A stretch of 34,577 nt of DNA from Archangium sp. (GTDB taxonomy: Bacteria; Myxococcota; Myxococcia; Myxococcales; Myxococcaceae). The stretch is taken from NCBI GenBank assembly GCA_031367385.1, contig JANLPS010000157.1, positions 1 to 34,577 of the forward strand, given 5' to 3'. Made by a program: the position numbers and the translations under genes. Under the pieces are notes generated by a model. That model saw only the letters and a list, made by a program, of their open reading frames with translations, was not told the DNA's origin and searched no databases. This document shows, piece after piece, positions 17,213 through 26,567 of this stretch; the first letter of the stretch is position 1; every line of letters begins with the position of its first letter.

Positions 17213-18241
17213 ATGCCCTCTTCGCAAAAGCTGATCATCAAGCCCCTGCGCATGCCGTGGGAAACGCTCGACCCGTTTCTCTTCTGTGTGCACCACGACG
17301 ACAAGTACCCCGCGGGCAATGAGCAGATGGGCCCTGCGGCGTCGCTGAGCGGGCGTGACCTCGGGCAAGACTTCGGTGGCCGCGACGGGTGGAACATGTA
17401 CCACGGCACCTCGGTGCCAGGTTTTCCCCAGCACCCGCACCGGGGGTTCGAGACGGTGACGCTGGTGCGGCAGGGGTTGATCGATCACTCCGATTCGCTC
17501 GGGGCGACTGCGCGCTTCGGTTCGGGTGACGTGCAGTGGCTGACCGCCGGCAAGGGCATCGTGCACTGCGAGATGTTTCCCCTCGTCTCGAAGAACACCG
17601 CGAACCCGCTCGAGTTGTTTCAGATTTGGCTCAACTTGCCTGGCGACCACAAGATGGTCGACCCGCATTTCTCGATGCTGTGGTCAGACTCGATACCGAC
17701 CGAGACCATCGTCGACGCGAACGGCAAGAAGACCCAGGTGACCATCGTCGCCGGAGCGCTCGGAAAATCGCGCGGCCCGAAGCCGCCCCCCAAGTCGTGG
17801 GCATCGCGGCCCGATGGTGACGTGGCGATCTGGACGATTGCGATGGAGCCCGGCGCGCGCTTCGAGGTGCCCGCCTCGGCGCCCGGCTCGAACCGAATGC
17901 TGTTCTTCTTCAGCGGTTCGACCTTGCAAGCCGGTGGGCAGACGACGGTGCCGGTGAAGATGTCGATTCGGCCCATCGCTGATCAGCCGCTCGAGCTCTC
18001 CAACGGGCCCGATCGCGCACAGCTGCTGATGCTCCAAGGCCGGCCGATCGGAGAGCCGGTGGTGGCGATGGGGCCCTTCGTGATGAACACCGAGGCCGAG
18101 GTACGCCAGGCCTTCGCAGACTACCGGCGCACCCAGTTCGGCGGGTGGCCCTGGCGCAGCGATGACCCGGTTCACTCGCGCGAGGCCGAGCCGTTCGCCA
18201 AGCACGCCGATGGGCGGGTCGAGGCCAAGCGCAAGACGTAG
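17213..18241 (+). CDS. Pirin family protein (bicupin)
   Basis: DPFLFCVHH, GFPQHPHRGFETVT, GDVQWLTAGKGIVHCEM, FQIWLNLP, GPFVMNT. Confidence 0.95.
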   Translation: MPSSQKLIIKPLRMPWETLDPFLFCVHHDDKYPAGNEQMGPAASLSGRDLGQDFGGRDGWNMYHGTSVPGFPQHPHRGFETVTLVRQGLIDHSDSLGATARFGSGDVQWLTAGKGIVHCEMFPLVSKNTANPLELFQIWLNLPGDHKMVDPHFSMLWSDSIPTETIVDANGKKTQVTIVAGALGKSRGPKPPPKSWASRPDGDVAIWTIAMEPGARFEVPASAPGSNRMLFFFSGSTLQAGGQTTVPVKMSIRPIADQPLELSNGPDRAQLLMLQGRPIGEPVVAMGPFVMNTEAEVRQAFADYRRTQFGGWPWRSDDPVHSREAEPFAKHADGRVEAKRKT

Positions 18242-18283
18242 CGCCGATCGACAAGGCCGGCTCGAGCGCATAAGAGCGGCGAC

Positions 18284-18892
18284 ATGAGACTCATGGGTCG
18301 AGACATCTCCACGCAGAACGTGTTGGCCGCGGTGAGTGAACGGCTGCTTTCTCGAGGCCTGAGCGGGCTGCCCGACGCTGGAGAAGTCACTCCAGAGGGC
18401 ATCGAGGCCCGCGTTGACCCGCTGTCTTTTTATGTCAGCGCCCTGGGTGATCACGCCGACGCGACCCGCGCGCTGCCGATCGAGACGCATCGCGACGGGC
18501 TCTCGGGCCGCGCCGTGGTCATTGCGAAGACCGCCTTTCGCCGCGTCGGGCAGATCTTCATCAACGAGGCGTTGGCCCGGCAGGTGGTGTTCAACGGGCA
18601 CGCGCGTGACTCGTATGCGCAGCTCTCAGCCGAGGTCGTCACATTGCGAAAGCGCATCGCGCAGCTCGAGCAGGCGCTGAGCGCGAAGAGCGCCGAAGCA
18701 TCGGCCGCCGAGCTCACACCGCGCGACACGCTGGCAACAGTGGCTCCAGCCAAAGCGCACGCCAAGGTCACCACGGCGAAGGTCGGCCTGAAGAGCGCCA
18801 ACCCCGCCAAGCTGCCGGCCACCGGTGTGGTCAAGGCCGCTGCCAAGGTCGCCTCGGCCAAGCCGAAGCCCGGCCGAAAGCAGAAGAAGTAA
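18284..18892 (+). CDS. Hypothetical protein with coiled coil and Lys/Ala-rich C-terminal tail
   Basis: Good codon bias. Contains RQVVFN..., coiled coil LSAEVVTLRKRIAQLEQAL, and tail ...KAAAKVASAKPKPGRKQKK. Confidence 0.7.
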   Translation: MRLMGRDISTQNVLAAVSERLLSRGLSGLPDAGEVTPEGIEARVDPLSFYVSALGDHADATRALPIETHRDGLSGRAVVIAKTAFRRVGQIFINEALARQVVFNGHARDSYAQLSAEVVTLRKRIAQLEQALSAKSAEASAAELTPRDTLATVAPAKAHAKVTTAKVGLKSANPAKLPATGVVKAAAKVASAKPKPGRKQKK

Positions 18893-18898
18893 GCGAAC

Positions 18899-20089
18899 TT
18901 ACTTGCCCGCGTCGGGAGTCGACGGCGTGGCGTCGGGCCGGCGGGTGACCATCATGTGGCTGCGTTTCTCGGGGCTGCCATCGGGGTACCCGAAGCGCAT
19001 CGGCAACGAGCGGCGGGGCTGCGCGGCGAACTCTTTTCGCAGGTCTTCTTGGCTGGTCTCGGCGGTGTTCAAGAACGACTGGTGAAACGAGCCGTAGGTC
19101 TCCATCGTCAGCCCGGCCTTTTTCACGAACTTGGGCAAGAGCCCGGTGGAGTCTGAAAACATGAAGTCCAGGTGCGACGAGAGGTAGTCGCGAATCACCG
19201 AGAAATTCGAGTTCCACAGCAAGTAGCTGGCGGCCTTGGTCATCGCAGCGACGTGACCCTTCGCCTCGAGGTGCGCGAGCAAGCCCGGGTTCTTCTTGAA
19301 CCCGTCGTTCGACAGGTCAGCCGCGATGTGGCGGTGAATTCGGTGCGCCGCGGCGGGTTGCCCCATCGGCACGAATTGCACTTCGACGTTCGCGAAGGCA
19401 GGCGAGAAGTCGGGCGACTTCCACTCCTCTTTGAGCTTGCTGGCCTTGGTGCCCTCGAGCGCCTCGATCTCTGAGCGCGAGTAGTAGTGCAGCGCCCCAT
19501 CGGGCTCGATGCGAAAGAAGCGCACCGAGACCGGCTCCATCGAGTGCAACGCGAGGCCGATCAGGTGCATCGAGAGCTGCCCGGGGAGCTCACCGCGCTG
19601 AATCGACGACAAATTCACGCTCTTCGAGTCGTTCGAGAGCAGGGTGGTGTTGCTGGTCATCAGCAGCCCATTGAGGCTCGCCTTGAGCACCGCCGCATCT
19701 TTGACCAGCTTGAAGCGGCGCGGGTCGCCAGCCAGCTCGAGTGACATCGTAGTGATCACCTTCGCGTCGGGGAAGGAGTTGAGCGCCATCATCATGTCGC
19801 CGCCACCGAAGGGGTAGACGAGCTCAGCGGGCAGGCTCGGCGGGCGCAAAGCAGCGAGAAATTCTTTGCCGCCGGTGCCCCAGTGCTCGGTGAAGCGGGC
19901 CATGTGCGGCTTCTGGCGCTCGCAGTACCAGGCGACGGTCTTCGCATCGAGCCCCTCGGGCAGCGCGCCGCCCTGACAGGTCACGACGTTGAAGATCACT
20001 TTCACATCATCGATGAATTCAGCGGGTGCGGCGTCGGCTTCGGGGGCAGTCGCGCCGAGCAAGGAGGACAACACGAGGGCAGTGAGCAA
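18899..20089 (-). CDS. Conserved hypothetical secreted protein
   Basis: Long ORF with strong GC3 bias. Likely start TTG at 20089 giving signal peptide MLTALVLSSLLGA. Motifs VYPFGGGD, TKAASYLLW, SDSTG, PMRFGYPD. Confidence 0.75.
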   Translation of the reverse strand: MLTALVLSSLLGATAPEADAAPAEFIDDVKVIFNVVTCQGGALPEGLDAKTVAWYCERQKPHMARFTEHWGTGGKEFLAALRPPSLPAELVYPFGGGDMMMALNSFPDAKVITTMSLELAGDPRRFKLVKDAAVLKASLNGLLMTSNTTLLSNDSKSVNLSSIQRGELPGQLSMHLIGLALHSMEPVSVRFFRIEPDGALHYYSRSEIEALEGTKASKLKEEWKSPDFSPAFANVEVQFVPMGQPAAAHRIHRHIAADLSNDGFKKNPGLLAHLEAKGHVAAMTKAASYLLWNSNFSVIRDYLSSHLDFMFSDSTGLLPKFVKKAGLTMETYGSFHQSFLNTAETSQEDLRKEFAAQPRRSLPMRFGYPDGSPEKRSHMMVTRRPDATPSTPDAGK

Positions 20090-20203
20090 GGTGCCTCGAG
20101 TTCTAGCCCTAAACGCGTCACCGGTCGCACTTTTGCCGCAGGCCCACACCCACCCATCAAGACGCGCGACACCCGAGGCGCGTTGTTACACGATGCCGCC
20201 CTC

Positions 20204-23200
20204 ATGCTTCGTTCGATACGACTCGCCGCACTGGTGCTTCTGGCTGCCTGCTCCTCGATGCGCCCCACGTTGCGCGCGGCTCCCGCGGCTGACGAGCGGG
20301 CGTTGAGCGAGGCAGTCGAAGCGTTCTACCAAGCCTCGTCTGCGCCAGCGCTTCGGGCCGCGGTCGATGCAGCCGCGAAAATCGCTCCTGATTCTGCGCG
20401 CTTTCACGAAATCGCCGCCCGCCTGGCGTTGCTCGATGGCCATGACGGCGACGCGCTCGATCACCTGATGGCGGCGCTGCAAGACACCTTCGATGACGCA
20501 CCGGTGCTGCACCTGCACCAGCTGATGGCGCTCGATCAGGTCTACGCCGACCGCCAGGCCGTGCGTGAGCTGCTGCGGGTGCTGACCGAGCGTCACCCCA
20601 ACGGCGCGGTGCGAGCCGTCGCCGCGTACCACCTGGCCTCGCTGCTCAACGCCGAGAACCTGCTCGATGAGCGCAACGCGGTGATGGCGGCCGTACCAGG
20701 CCAGCTGCACTTCTCGATCGCCGGCACGTGGGACAATGACTCCGGCAAGGCCTTCGACGCTGAGCTCCCACCCGAAGTTCGGCCGGGGCTTGACCAGGTC
20801 TACGACGGCCGCGCGGGCCCGCTGCACTGGCGCCGTGACGCCCCGGTCGACCCCCGAGGCCGGCTCGATTTGAGCGCGCTGATGACGCCGAGCCGCTGGG
20901 CCGCCGCCTTCGCGCAGGCGCAGCTCGAGACCACCATCGCCGGGCCGCACGAGCTTCGGCTGATGTCGACCGACCCGGTCAAGGTGTGGGTCGACGGCAA
21001 GCTGGTCTTCACGGCCTCGCAGCTCGAGCGCTCGGTGTACGACCACCTGGTGATACCAATGCAGCTGGCGGCGGGGCACCACATGGTGTTGATCAAATCT
21101 GCGCACCGCGACAGCACCTGGTTTCTGACCGGGCGCTTGGTGGCCAGTGAGGCAGCGACGCAGAGCAACCCGACCGTCGATGCGCTGCTGCAGTGGTACG
21201 TGCGCGAGCTGCCCAAAGACTCCGCGCGCGCGGCGTCGTTGCTCACCCAGTGGTCGCACTTCGTCGCGGGCGGCACGTACCCCGTGAAGAGCGCCGATGC
21301 CGCGGTGAAGGCCTGGCCGCACAGCATCACCGCGCGGGTCAGCCAGGTCGACGCGCTGTGGTTCAACCAAGAACGCGGCCGCACCGCTGATCTGCTGCAG
21401 ACGCTCGACGCTGACGCCGGTGACGCGCTGCCCTTCGTTCGGCTTCGGCACATTCGCTTTCAGCAGCAACAGGGTCAGAAGCAGAAGGCCCGCGACCGGC
21501 TGCTGTCATTGACCAAGACGCACCCCACCCTGCGCGAGGCCTGGGAGCTGCTCGCCGAGACCTGGCGCACCGAAGGCTGGCTCGAAGACGAGCTGACCGC
21601 CGAGCTCGCCCTGCGAAAATCATTTGGCGCCACGCCTGAAGAAGACGGAGAGCGCGCGCGAACGCTGATTCGGCTGGGGCGAAGGGCCGAGGCCGTCGAG
21701 CTGTATGAGGCGGTGCTCGAGGTGTTGCCGCGCCACGCCGATACGCTGCGACGGGTGGCCGACCTGGCCGCCGAAGCGGGTGACCTCGAGGCCGCCGAGG
21801 GGTTTCTCGAAGACCGGCTCGAGTCATGGCCCACCGACTTCACCGCCTGGTTGCAATTGGCCGAGGTTCGACGCCGCATGGGGGCTCGCAAGAGCGCAGA
21901 GGTGGCATTGAGCAAGGCGATCGCGCTCTCACCCGACTCGGCGAGCCCGCAGCAAAAAGCTGGAGACCTCGCGTACGAAGCCGGAGACGTCCCCGCCGCG
22001 CTGACCTCGTGGCGACGCGCGTTGGACTTCAACCCCGAGAACGAGTCGCTCGCGAACCGGGTCGACTTTCTCTCGCCCGAGGCCCGCGGCCCGTGGATGG
22101 CCGACGTGCCCGACGAGGCGGCGATTGAAAAGGCAGTCAGCCAGCGCGCAAGCGTCACCCAGACGCCGGGGGCCGACGTGGCCTGGTTGCTCGACCACGA
22201 GGTGACGCTGCTCAACAGCGATGGCAGCACCAGCAACGTCATCACCGAGGTGGTGCACGCCTTCAACGCCCAGGGCCGCGACCGGGTGATGCGGCAGTCC
22301 ATTCCTCCCGGGCGGCTTCGGGTGATGGCGTCGTACGTGCTCGATGAGAAGGGCAACCGCACCGAAGCCGCCGGCGAGCGCGCGCGGCAGATCTTCTTTC
22401 GCGGCATGCAACCGGGCTCGACGCTGGTGCTGCAGTACCGCCTCGACACCCCACCGCAAGGCTACCTCTCGCGCTACCTGACCAAGAGTTGGACGTTTCA
22501 ATCGGTGTCGGAGCAGCGGCTCGAAGGGCGCTTCATCGTCTGGGCGCCACTGGGCGTGACGCTGCATGAAGAACGAGTCGGTCAGGTGAACCGGGCCCAA
22601 GAGAAACGGGGTGAGCAGCTCCGCTTCGCCTGGTCAGCGACCAACGTGCCGCCGCTGGTGGCCGAGCCGTCGATGCCGACGCCGCAAGAGCTCGCCGCGA
22701 ACATTCGAATCTCGACCGTGCCCGACTGGAAAACCTGGCTCTCGTGGGAGCAGGCCCTGCTCGACGGCGCCTTTCGCGACAGCCCCGAGCTCGACGCGCT
22801 GGCCAAGACGATGAACGAGGGCTCGCCCGATGAGACTGAGAAGCTGCGGCGCATTCACCAATTCGTGATGGAGGAGATTCGCTATCAGCAAGACTACGAG
22901 ACCTTCATCGCCGGGGTGAAGCCGCACGCGGCGCCGATGGTGCTCGAGCGCCGATACGGCGACTGCAAAGACAAGGCGGTGCTGTTCATTGAGCTCGCGA
23001 AGAAGCTGGGGCTCGACGCGCACTTCGCGCTGGTGCGAACCCGTGAGGGAGGCCCGGTGATGCTCGACGTGCCGATGCAGCAGTTCAATCACGCCATCGT
23101 GTACGTGCCGACGCAGAAGGGCGTCAAAGAGGCGCGCTTCTTCGACCCCACCGCCGAGCTGCTCGACCTCGACACCGTGCGCGGCGATGACGTGAGCACC

Positions 23201-23941
23201 AAGAGCCTGGTCTTCGACCCCAAGACCGGCGTGCACACCTGGCGCGACATCGAGATGCAGGCGCCTGAGTTCAACCGCGAGAACAGCACCCTGGCGCTGA
23301 CCGTCGACCCCGCGGGCGCGGCCAAGGGCACCCTGACCATCGAGGGCGTCGGCCGAGACGGCTCGTTGATTCGAAGGGTCGCTCGAAACACCGAGCTGCT
23401 CAACCAGGCGATGCAGCGAATGGCGACGTCGTTCTTGCCCAACGCGTCGACCAGCAACGCGAAGGCGCTCGAGGTGAAGTCACTGCGAACGCCCGCGTCG
23501 CTTTCGACCGACATCGAGGCTCGCACCTTCGCGCGAGCCGAGGGTGACACGCTGCGCATGCGAATACCCAGCGAGTGGAACCCGCGGTCGTTGTTCACGT
23601 TGGCGAGCCGGCGGCACCCGTTGGTGCTGGGGGCTCCGGCGCAGATGCAGACCCGGGTCTCGCTTCAGCTGCCGGCGGGCTTCGAAATCAAGAAGCTGCC
23701 GATGGCCTCGTCGGTCGAGCTGCCGTGCTTGTCACTCAAGCGTGACGTCACCCGCGATGGCGCAACGGTCACCAGCGTTCAGACCTTTCGCAACACCTGC
23801 GAGCGCATCAGCGCCACTGAATACGCCCAGTACCGTTCGCGGGTCGACGACATGGTGCGCATGCTCGAAGACGAGCTGGTGATTGCGCCGGTGGCTGGTA
23901 AGTCGCTTGCGAAGAAACCCGCAGCCCCTGTGAGCCGATAG
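20204..23941 (+). CDS. Lipoprotein with PA14/jelly-roll-like, TPR, DUF3857 and transglutaminase-like domains
   Basis: Lipobox LVLLAA-C, VKVWVDG jelly-roll, TPR helices, and VLERRYGDCKDKAVL / FNHAIVYV / FFDPT (Cys-His-Asp triad). Confidence 0.85.
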   Translation: MLRSIRLAALVLLAACSSMRPTLRAAPAADERALSEAVEAFYQASSAPALRAAVDAAAKIAPDSARFHEIAARLALLDGHDGDALDHLMAALQDTFDDAPVLHLHQLMALDQVYADRQAVRELLRVLTERHPNGAVRAVAAYHLASLLNAENLLDERNAVMAAVPGQLHFSIAGTWDNDSGKAFDAELPPEVRPGLDQVYDGRAGPLHWRRDAPVDPRGRLDLSALMTPSRWAAAFAQAQLETTIAGPHELRLMSTDPVKVWVDGKLVFTASQLERSVYDHLVIPMQLAAGHHMVLIKSAHRDSTWFLTGRLVASEAATQSNPTVDALLQWYVRELPKDSARAASLLTQWSHFVAGGTYPVKSADAAVKAWPHSITARVSQVDALWFNQERGRTADLLQTLDADAGDALPFVRLRHIRFQQQQGQKQKARDRLLSLTKTHPTLREAWELLAETWRTEGWLEDELTAELALRKSFGATPEEDGERARTLIRLGRRAEAVELYEAVLEVLPRHADTLRRVADLAAEAGDLEAAEGFLEDRLESWPTDFTAWLQLAEVRRRMGARKSAEVALSKAIALSPDSASPQQKAGDLAYEAGDVPAALTSWRRALDFNPENESLANRVDFLSPEARGPWMADVPDEAAIEKAVSQRASVTQTPGADVAWLLDHEVTLLNSDGSTSNVITEVVHAFNAQGRDRVMRQSIPPGRLRVMASYVLDEKGNRTEAAGERARQIFFRGMQPGSTLVLQYRLDTPPQGYLSRYLTKSWTFQSVSEQRLEGRFIVWAPLGVTLHEERVGQVNRAQEKRGEQLRFAWSATNVPPLVAEPSMPTPQELAANIRISTVPDWKTWLSWEQALLDGAFRDSPELDALAKTMNEGSPDETEKLRRIHQFVMEEIRYQQDYETFIAGVKPHAAPMVLERRYGDCKDKAVLFIELAKKLGLDAHFALVRTREGGPVMLDVPMQQFNHAIVYVPTQKGVKEARFFDPTAELLDLDTVRGDDVSTKSLVFDPKTGVHTWRDIEMQAPEFNRENSTLALTVDPAGAAKGTLTIEGVGRDGSLIRRVARNTELLNQAMQRMATSFLPNASTSNAKALEVKSLRTPASLSTDIEARTFARAEGDTLRMRIPSEWNPRSLFTLASRRHPLVLGAPAQMQTRVSLQLPAGFEIKKLPMASSVELPCLSLKRDVTRDGATVTSVQTFRNTCERISATEYAQYRSRVDDMVRMLEDELVIAPVAGKSLAKKPAAPVSR

Positions 23942-24430
23942 ATGCCGAAGACCGTCGCGTTGATCATGGGCAGTGCCTCCGACTGGGAGACGATGCACCA
24001 CGCCGCCGACTGCTTGAAAGAGTTCGGCGTCTCGTTCGAGGCGAAGGTGGTCTCGGCGCACCGCACTCCGCAAGACATGGTCGACTTCGCGAAGGCCGCG
24101 GCGTCGCAAGGGTTCGAGCTGATCATCGCCGGCGCCGGTGGAGCGGCCCACTTGCCCGGCATGGTCGCCTCGCTCACCACGCTGCCGGTGCTCGGAGTGC
24201 CGGTGCAGTCGAAGATGCTCTCGGGCATCGATTCACTGCTGTCGATTGTGCAGATGCCGGCGGGTGTGCCGACCGCGACGTTCGCGATTGGCCCCGCGGG
24301 TGCCACCAACGCGGCGCTGTTCGCGGTTCGTATCTTGGCCGGGCAGAAGCCTTTGCTGCGAAAGAAGCTCGAGGCGTTCGCGCTCAAGCAGGCGTCGAAG
24401 GCGCGTGAATCGACGAAGGGTTTGCGCTGA
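23942..24430 (+). CDS. purE: N5-carboxyaminoimidazole ribonucleotide mutase
   Basis: [50 protein letters not shown]. Confidence 0.98.
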   Translation: MPKTVALIMGSASDWETMHHAADCLKEFGVSFEAKVVSAHRTPQDMVDFAKAAASQGFELIIAGAGGAAHLPGMVASLTTLPVLGVPVQSKMLSGIDSLLSIVQMPAGVPTATFAIGPAGATNAALFAVRILAGQKPLLRKKLEAFALKQASKARESTKGLR

Positions 24431-25581
24431 TGGCCGTCGGCATTCTCGGCGGCGGCCAGCTCGGGTTGATGCTCGCGGAGTCGCTGCGCCGGCTCAACAC
24501 CGAGGTCGTGGTGCTCGAGCCCGACCCCGAGTCACCGTGCGCGATGCGGTTGGCCGGCGTGTTGCCGCATGCGTTCGACGATGCCGCAGGCCTCGAGGCC
24601 CTCTTCGCTCGCGTCGACGTGGCGACCTATGACTCCGAGAACATCCCCTCCGGGCCGTTGGCGGCGTATGGCGCGAAGTTGAAGCCCTCGCTGCAGGTGC
24701 TGCAGATTTCGCAAGACCGCGCACAAGAGAAGGCCTTCTTGGGCGAGCACGGGTTTCGGCCGGTCGCGTTTTCGGTGGTGCCGGCGGGTGCTGACGTCGC
24801 GGCGGCGGTGAAGGCGTTCGGGCTGCCCTGCATCGCCAAGTCGGCACTCGGCGGGTACGACGGCAAGGGCCAATTTCGGCTGCGCACCGAGCACGACGTG
24901 GCGGCGCTGCCGGCGACTCCGAAGGGTGGCTGGGTGCTCGAAGAGGTGCTGGCCCTGACCGCCGAGGTGTCAGTCATCGTCGCGCGCGACGCCGAGGGCA
25001 GTGATTTCACGTTTCCGGTTTTCGAGAATCTCCACACCGACCACGTGCTCGACTTGACGGTGTTGCCGGCGCGGCTGCCGGTGGCGCTGCAGAATGAGGC
25101 GCGTCGCACGGCGTTGGCGATTGCCCGAGCGCTGAAGGTCGAAGGGCTGCTGACGGTCGAATTCTTCATCGGCACCGGGAGGGAGGGCATCGAGCGGCTG
25201 TATGTGAATGAGCTCGCTCCGCGGGTGCACAACTCCGGGCACGTGACGAGGCAGGCGTGCACCTTGAGTCAGTTCGATGCGCTGGCCCGGGTGCTCTCGG
25301 GAGTGCCCTTGACCTCGCCCGAGCTGCACATGGGCGCCTGGTGCATGGGCAATCTGTTGGGTGACGTGTGGCTGGCACAGGGGCGCTCCGGTGGGCCGCT
25401 CGACTTGTCGGCGTGGCGCGCGTTTCCTGAAGTGGTTGACGTGTATTTGTACGGCAAGCGTGAGGCGCGAACGAAGCGCAAGATGGGGCACTTCGTGGTG
25501 CACGCGTCGACGCCCGATGAGGCCGCGCGCAAGGCGCTGGGGTTTCGAGAGGCGCTGATGAAGAGCCCCCGTTCAGCCTGA
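24430..25581 (+). CDS. purK: N5-carboxyaminoimidazole ribonucleotide synthase (ATP-grasp)
   Basis: GILGGGQLG.ML, QDR..EK, GGYDGKGQ, NELAPRVHNSGH, YGK...RKMGH. Overlaps the purE stop (TGATG). Confidence 0.97.
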   Translation: MAVGILGGGQLGLMLAESLRRLNTEVVVLEPDPESPCAMRLAGVLPHAFDDAAGLEALFARVDVATYDSENIPSGPLAAYGAKLKPSLQVLQISQDRAQEKAFLGEHGFRPVAFSVVPAGADVAAAVKAFGLPCIAKSALGGYDGKGQFRLRTEHDVAALPATPKGGWVLEEVLALTAEVSVIVARDAEGSDFTFPVFENLHTDHVLDLTVLPARLPVALQNEARRTALAIARALKVEGLLTVEFFIGTGREGIERLYVNELAPRVHNSGHVTRQACTLSQFDALARVLSGVPLTSPELHMGAWCMGNLLGDVWLAQGRSGGPLDLSAWRAFPEVVDVYLYGKREARTKRKMGHFVVHASTPDEAARKALGFREALMKSPRSA

Positions 25582-26301
25582 GAGACGGTGTTTGAGAAGA
25601 TCGTCAGCGAGAGGCTTCAGCACCTTGATCGCCACCAACCCAATCGTGTCGATGCTCAAGTGCGCGATCACCGCGGGCCACAGGCTCTTTCGCCAGACGG
25701 TCACCGCCCCGAGCGCGATGCCCACCGCGGCCGTCTGAACGATGCCCTGCACGCCTTGATACCCATGCCCGATGCCGAAGAGCACGCCGGTCACCACCAC
25801 CGCGATACGGGCGTCACCTCGAAAGGTGACCTTCAGCCGGTTGAGCAAGAAGCCGCGAAAGACGATCTCCTCCCACAGGCCGACGAAGATCGACAGCGGC
25901 AGCACCCAGTACATCGGGAGCCCGCTGAACTTCGAGGCCCAGGCCAGCTTCTGCGCGAGCATCTGGGCACTCTGGGCGCCCAGGAGCTTGAACAGCCCAA
26001 TCGCCAGCGCACCCGCGGCGTAAGAGAGCACCACGCCAAGCGCTCCGAAGGCGATCGCCTGCACCGGTGGCATGGGGCGGAGCTGAAGCGAGTCTTTCCA
26101 ATCGGCGTCGCGACGCACCAGCAGCCCGGTGATCAGCAACATCAGCGCGCCGGTGACGAACGCCGAGAGCACCACGTTCACTTCTTCGAGCGAGACGTTA
26201 CCGCGCAGCGCCGCGTTGCCGTAGAGGTAGCCGTAGAAGATCAGCACCAGCGCCAGGCTCTGCAAGGTCGCTCGGCGAGCAGTCAGCGGCATCGAATTCA
26301 T
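25573..26301 (-). CDS. CPBP family intramembrane glutamic endopeptidase (CAAX/Abi)
   Basis: EEIVFRG, LFGIGHGYQG and SLWPAVIAH motifs, multi-TM. Start is uncertain (26319/26301/26292). Confidence 0.9.
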   Translation of the reverse strand: MNSMPLTARRATLQSLALVLIFYGYLYGNAALRGNVSLEEVNVVLSAFVTGALMLLITGLLVRRDADWKDSLQLRPMPPVQAIAFGALGVVLSYAAGALAIGLFKLLGAQSAQMLAQKLAWASKFSGLPMYWVLPLSIFVGLWEEIVFRGFLLNRLKVTFRGDARIAVVVTGVLFGIGHGYQGVQGIVQTAAVGIALGAVTVWRKSLWPAVIAHLSIDTIGLVAIKVLKPLADDLLKHRLSG

Positions 26302-26368
26302 TCGAGGTGGGTCTAGCATGCGTCTGCCGAAGCGAGGCGAGGGGCGTTCGAGAGCCTCGGGGCGAGGG

Positions 26369-26524
26369 CAGCTCGTCGAGCAATGGGCTGATGAGCTCGG
26401 GCCGCTCTATCGCGTCAAGATTGGCGCCCGCTCCCTGACGGTGATGAGCGACGGCGCGCTGATCGAGACCGTGCTGCGCGCGCGGCCGAGCACCTTGAGT
26501 AGACGCGTCTCCGAGTTCGAGCCG
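26369..26524 (+). pseudogene. Cytochrome P450 N-terminal fragment
   Basis: QLVEQWADELGPLYRVKIGARSLTVMSDGALIETVLRARP matches the P450 helix A-beta1-helix B pattern (W...YG.....LG....VV..D......L..RP). The remainder of the gene is absent. Confidence 0.6.
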
Positions 26525-26567
26525 ATGTGTTCCCCAAGAACCTCAGCGTGCGAATGATGGCGCGCGG

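Noticed and set aside
19883..20203. N-terminal extension of the 1352-aa ORF, and similar upstream extensions at 5304, 8120, 8853, 10997 and 28165
   Set aside because: They overlap neighbouring genes or precede clear signal-peptide/domain starts. Downstream ATGs were chosen.
25573..26301. CPBP/'Abi' protease as an abortive-infection defence gene
   Set aside because: The Abi label of this family does not by itself indicate phage defence, and there is no supporting context.
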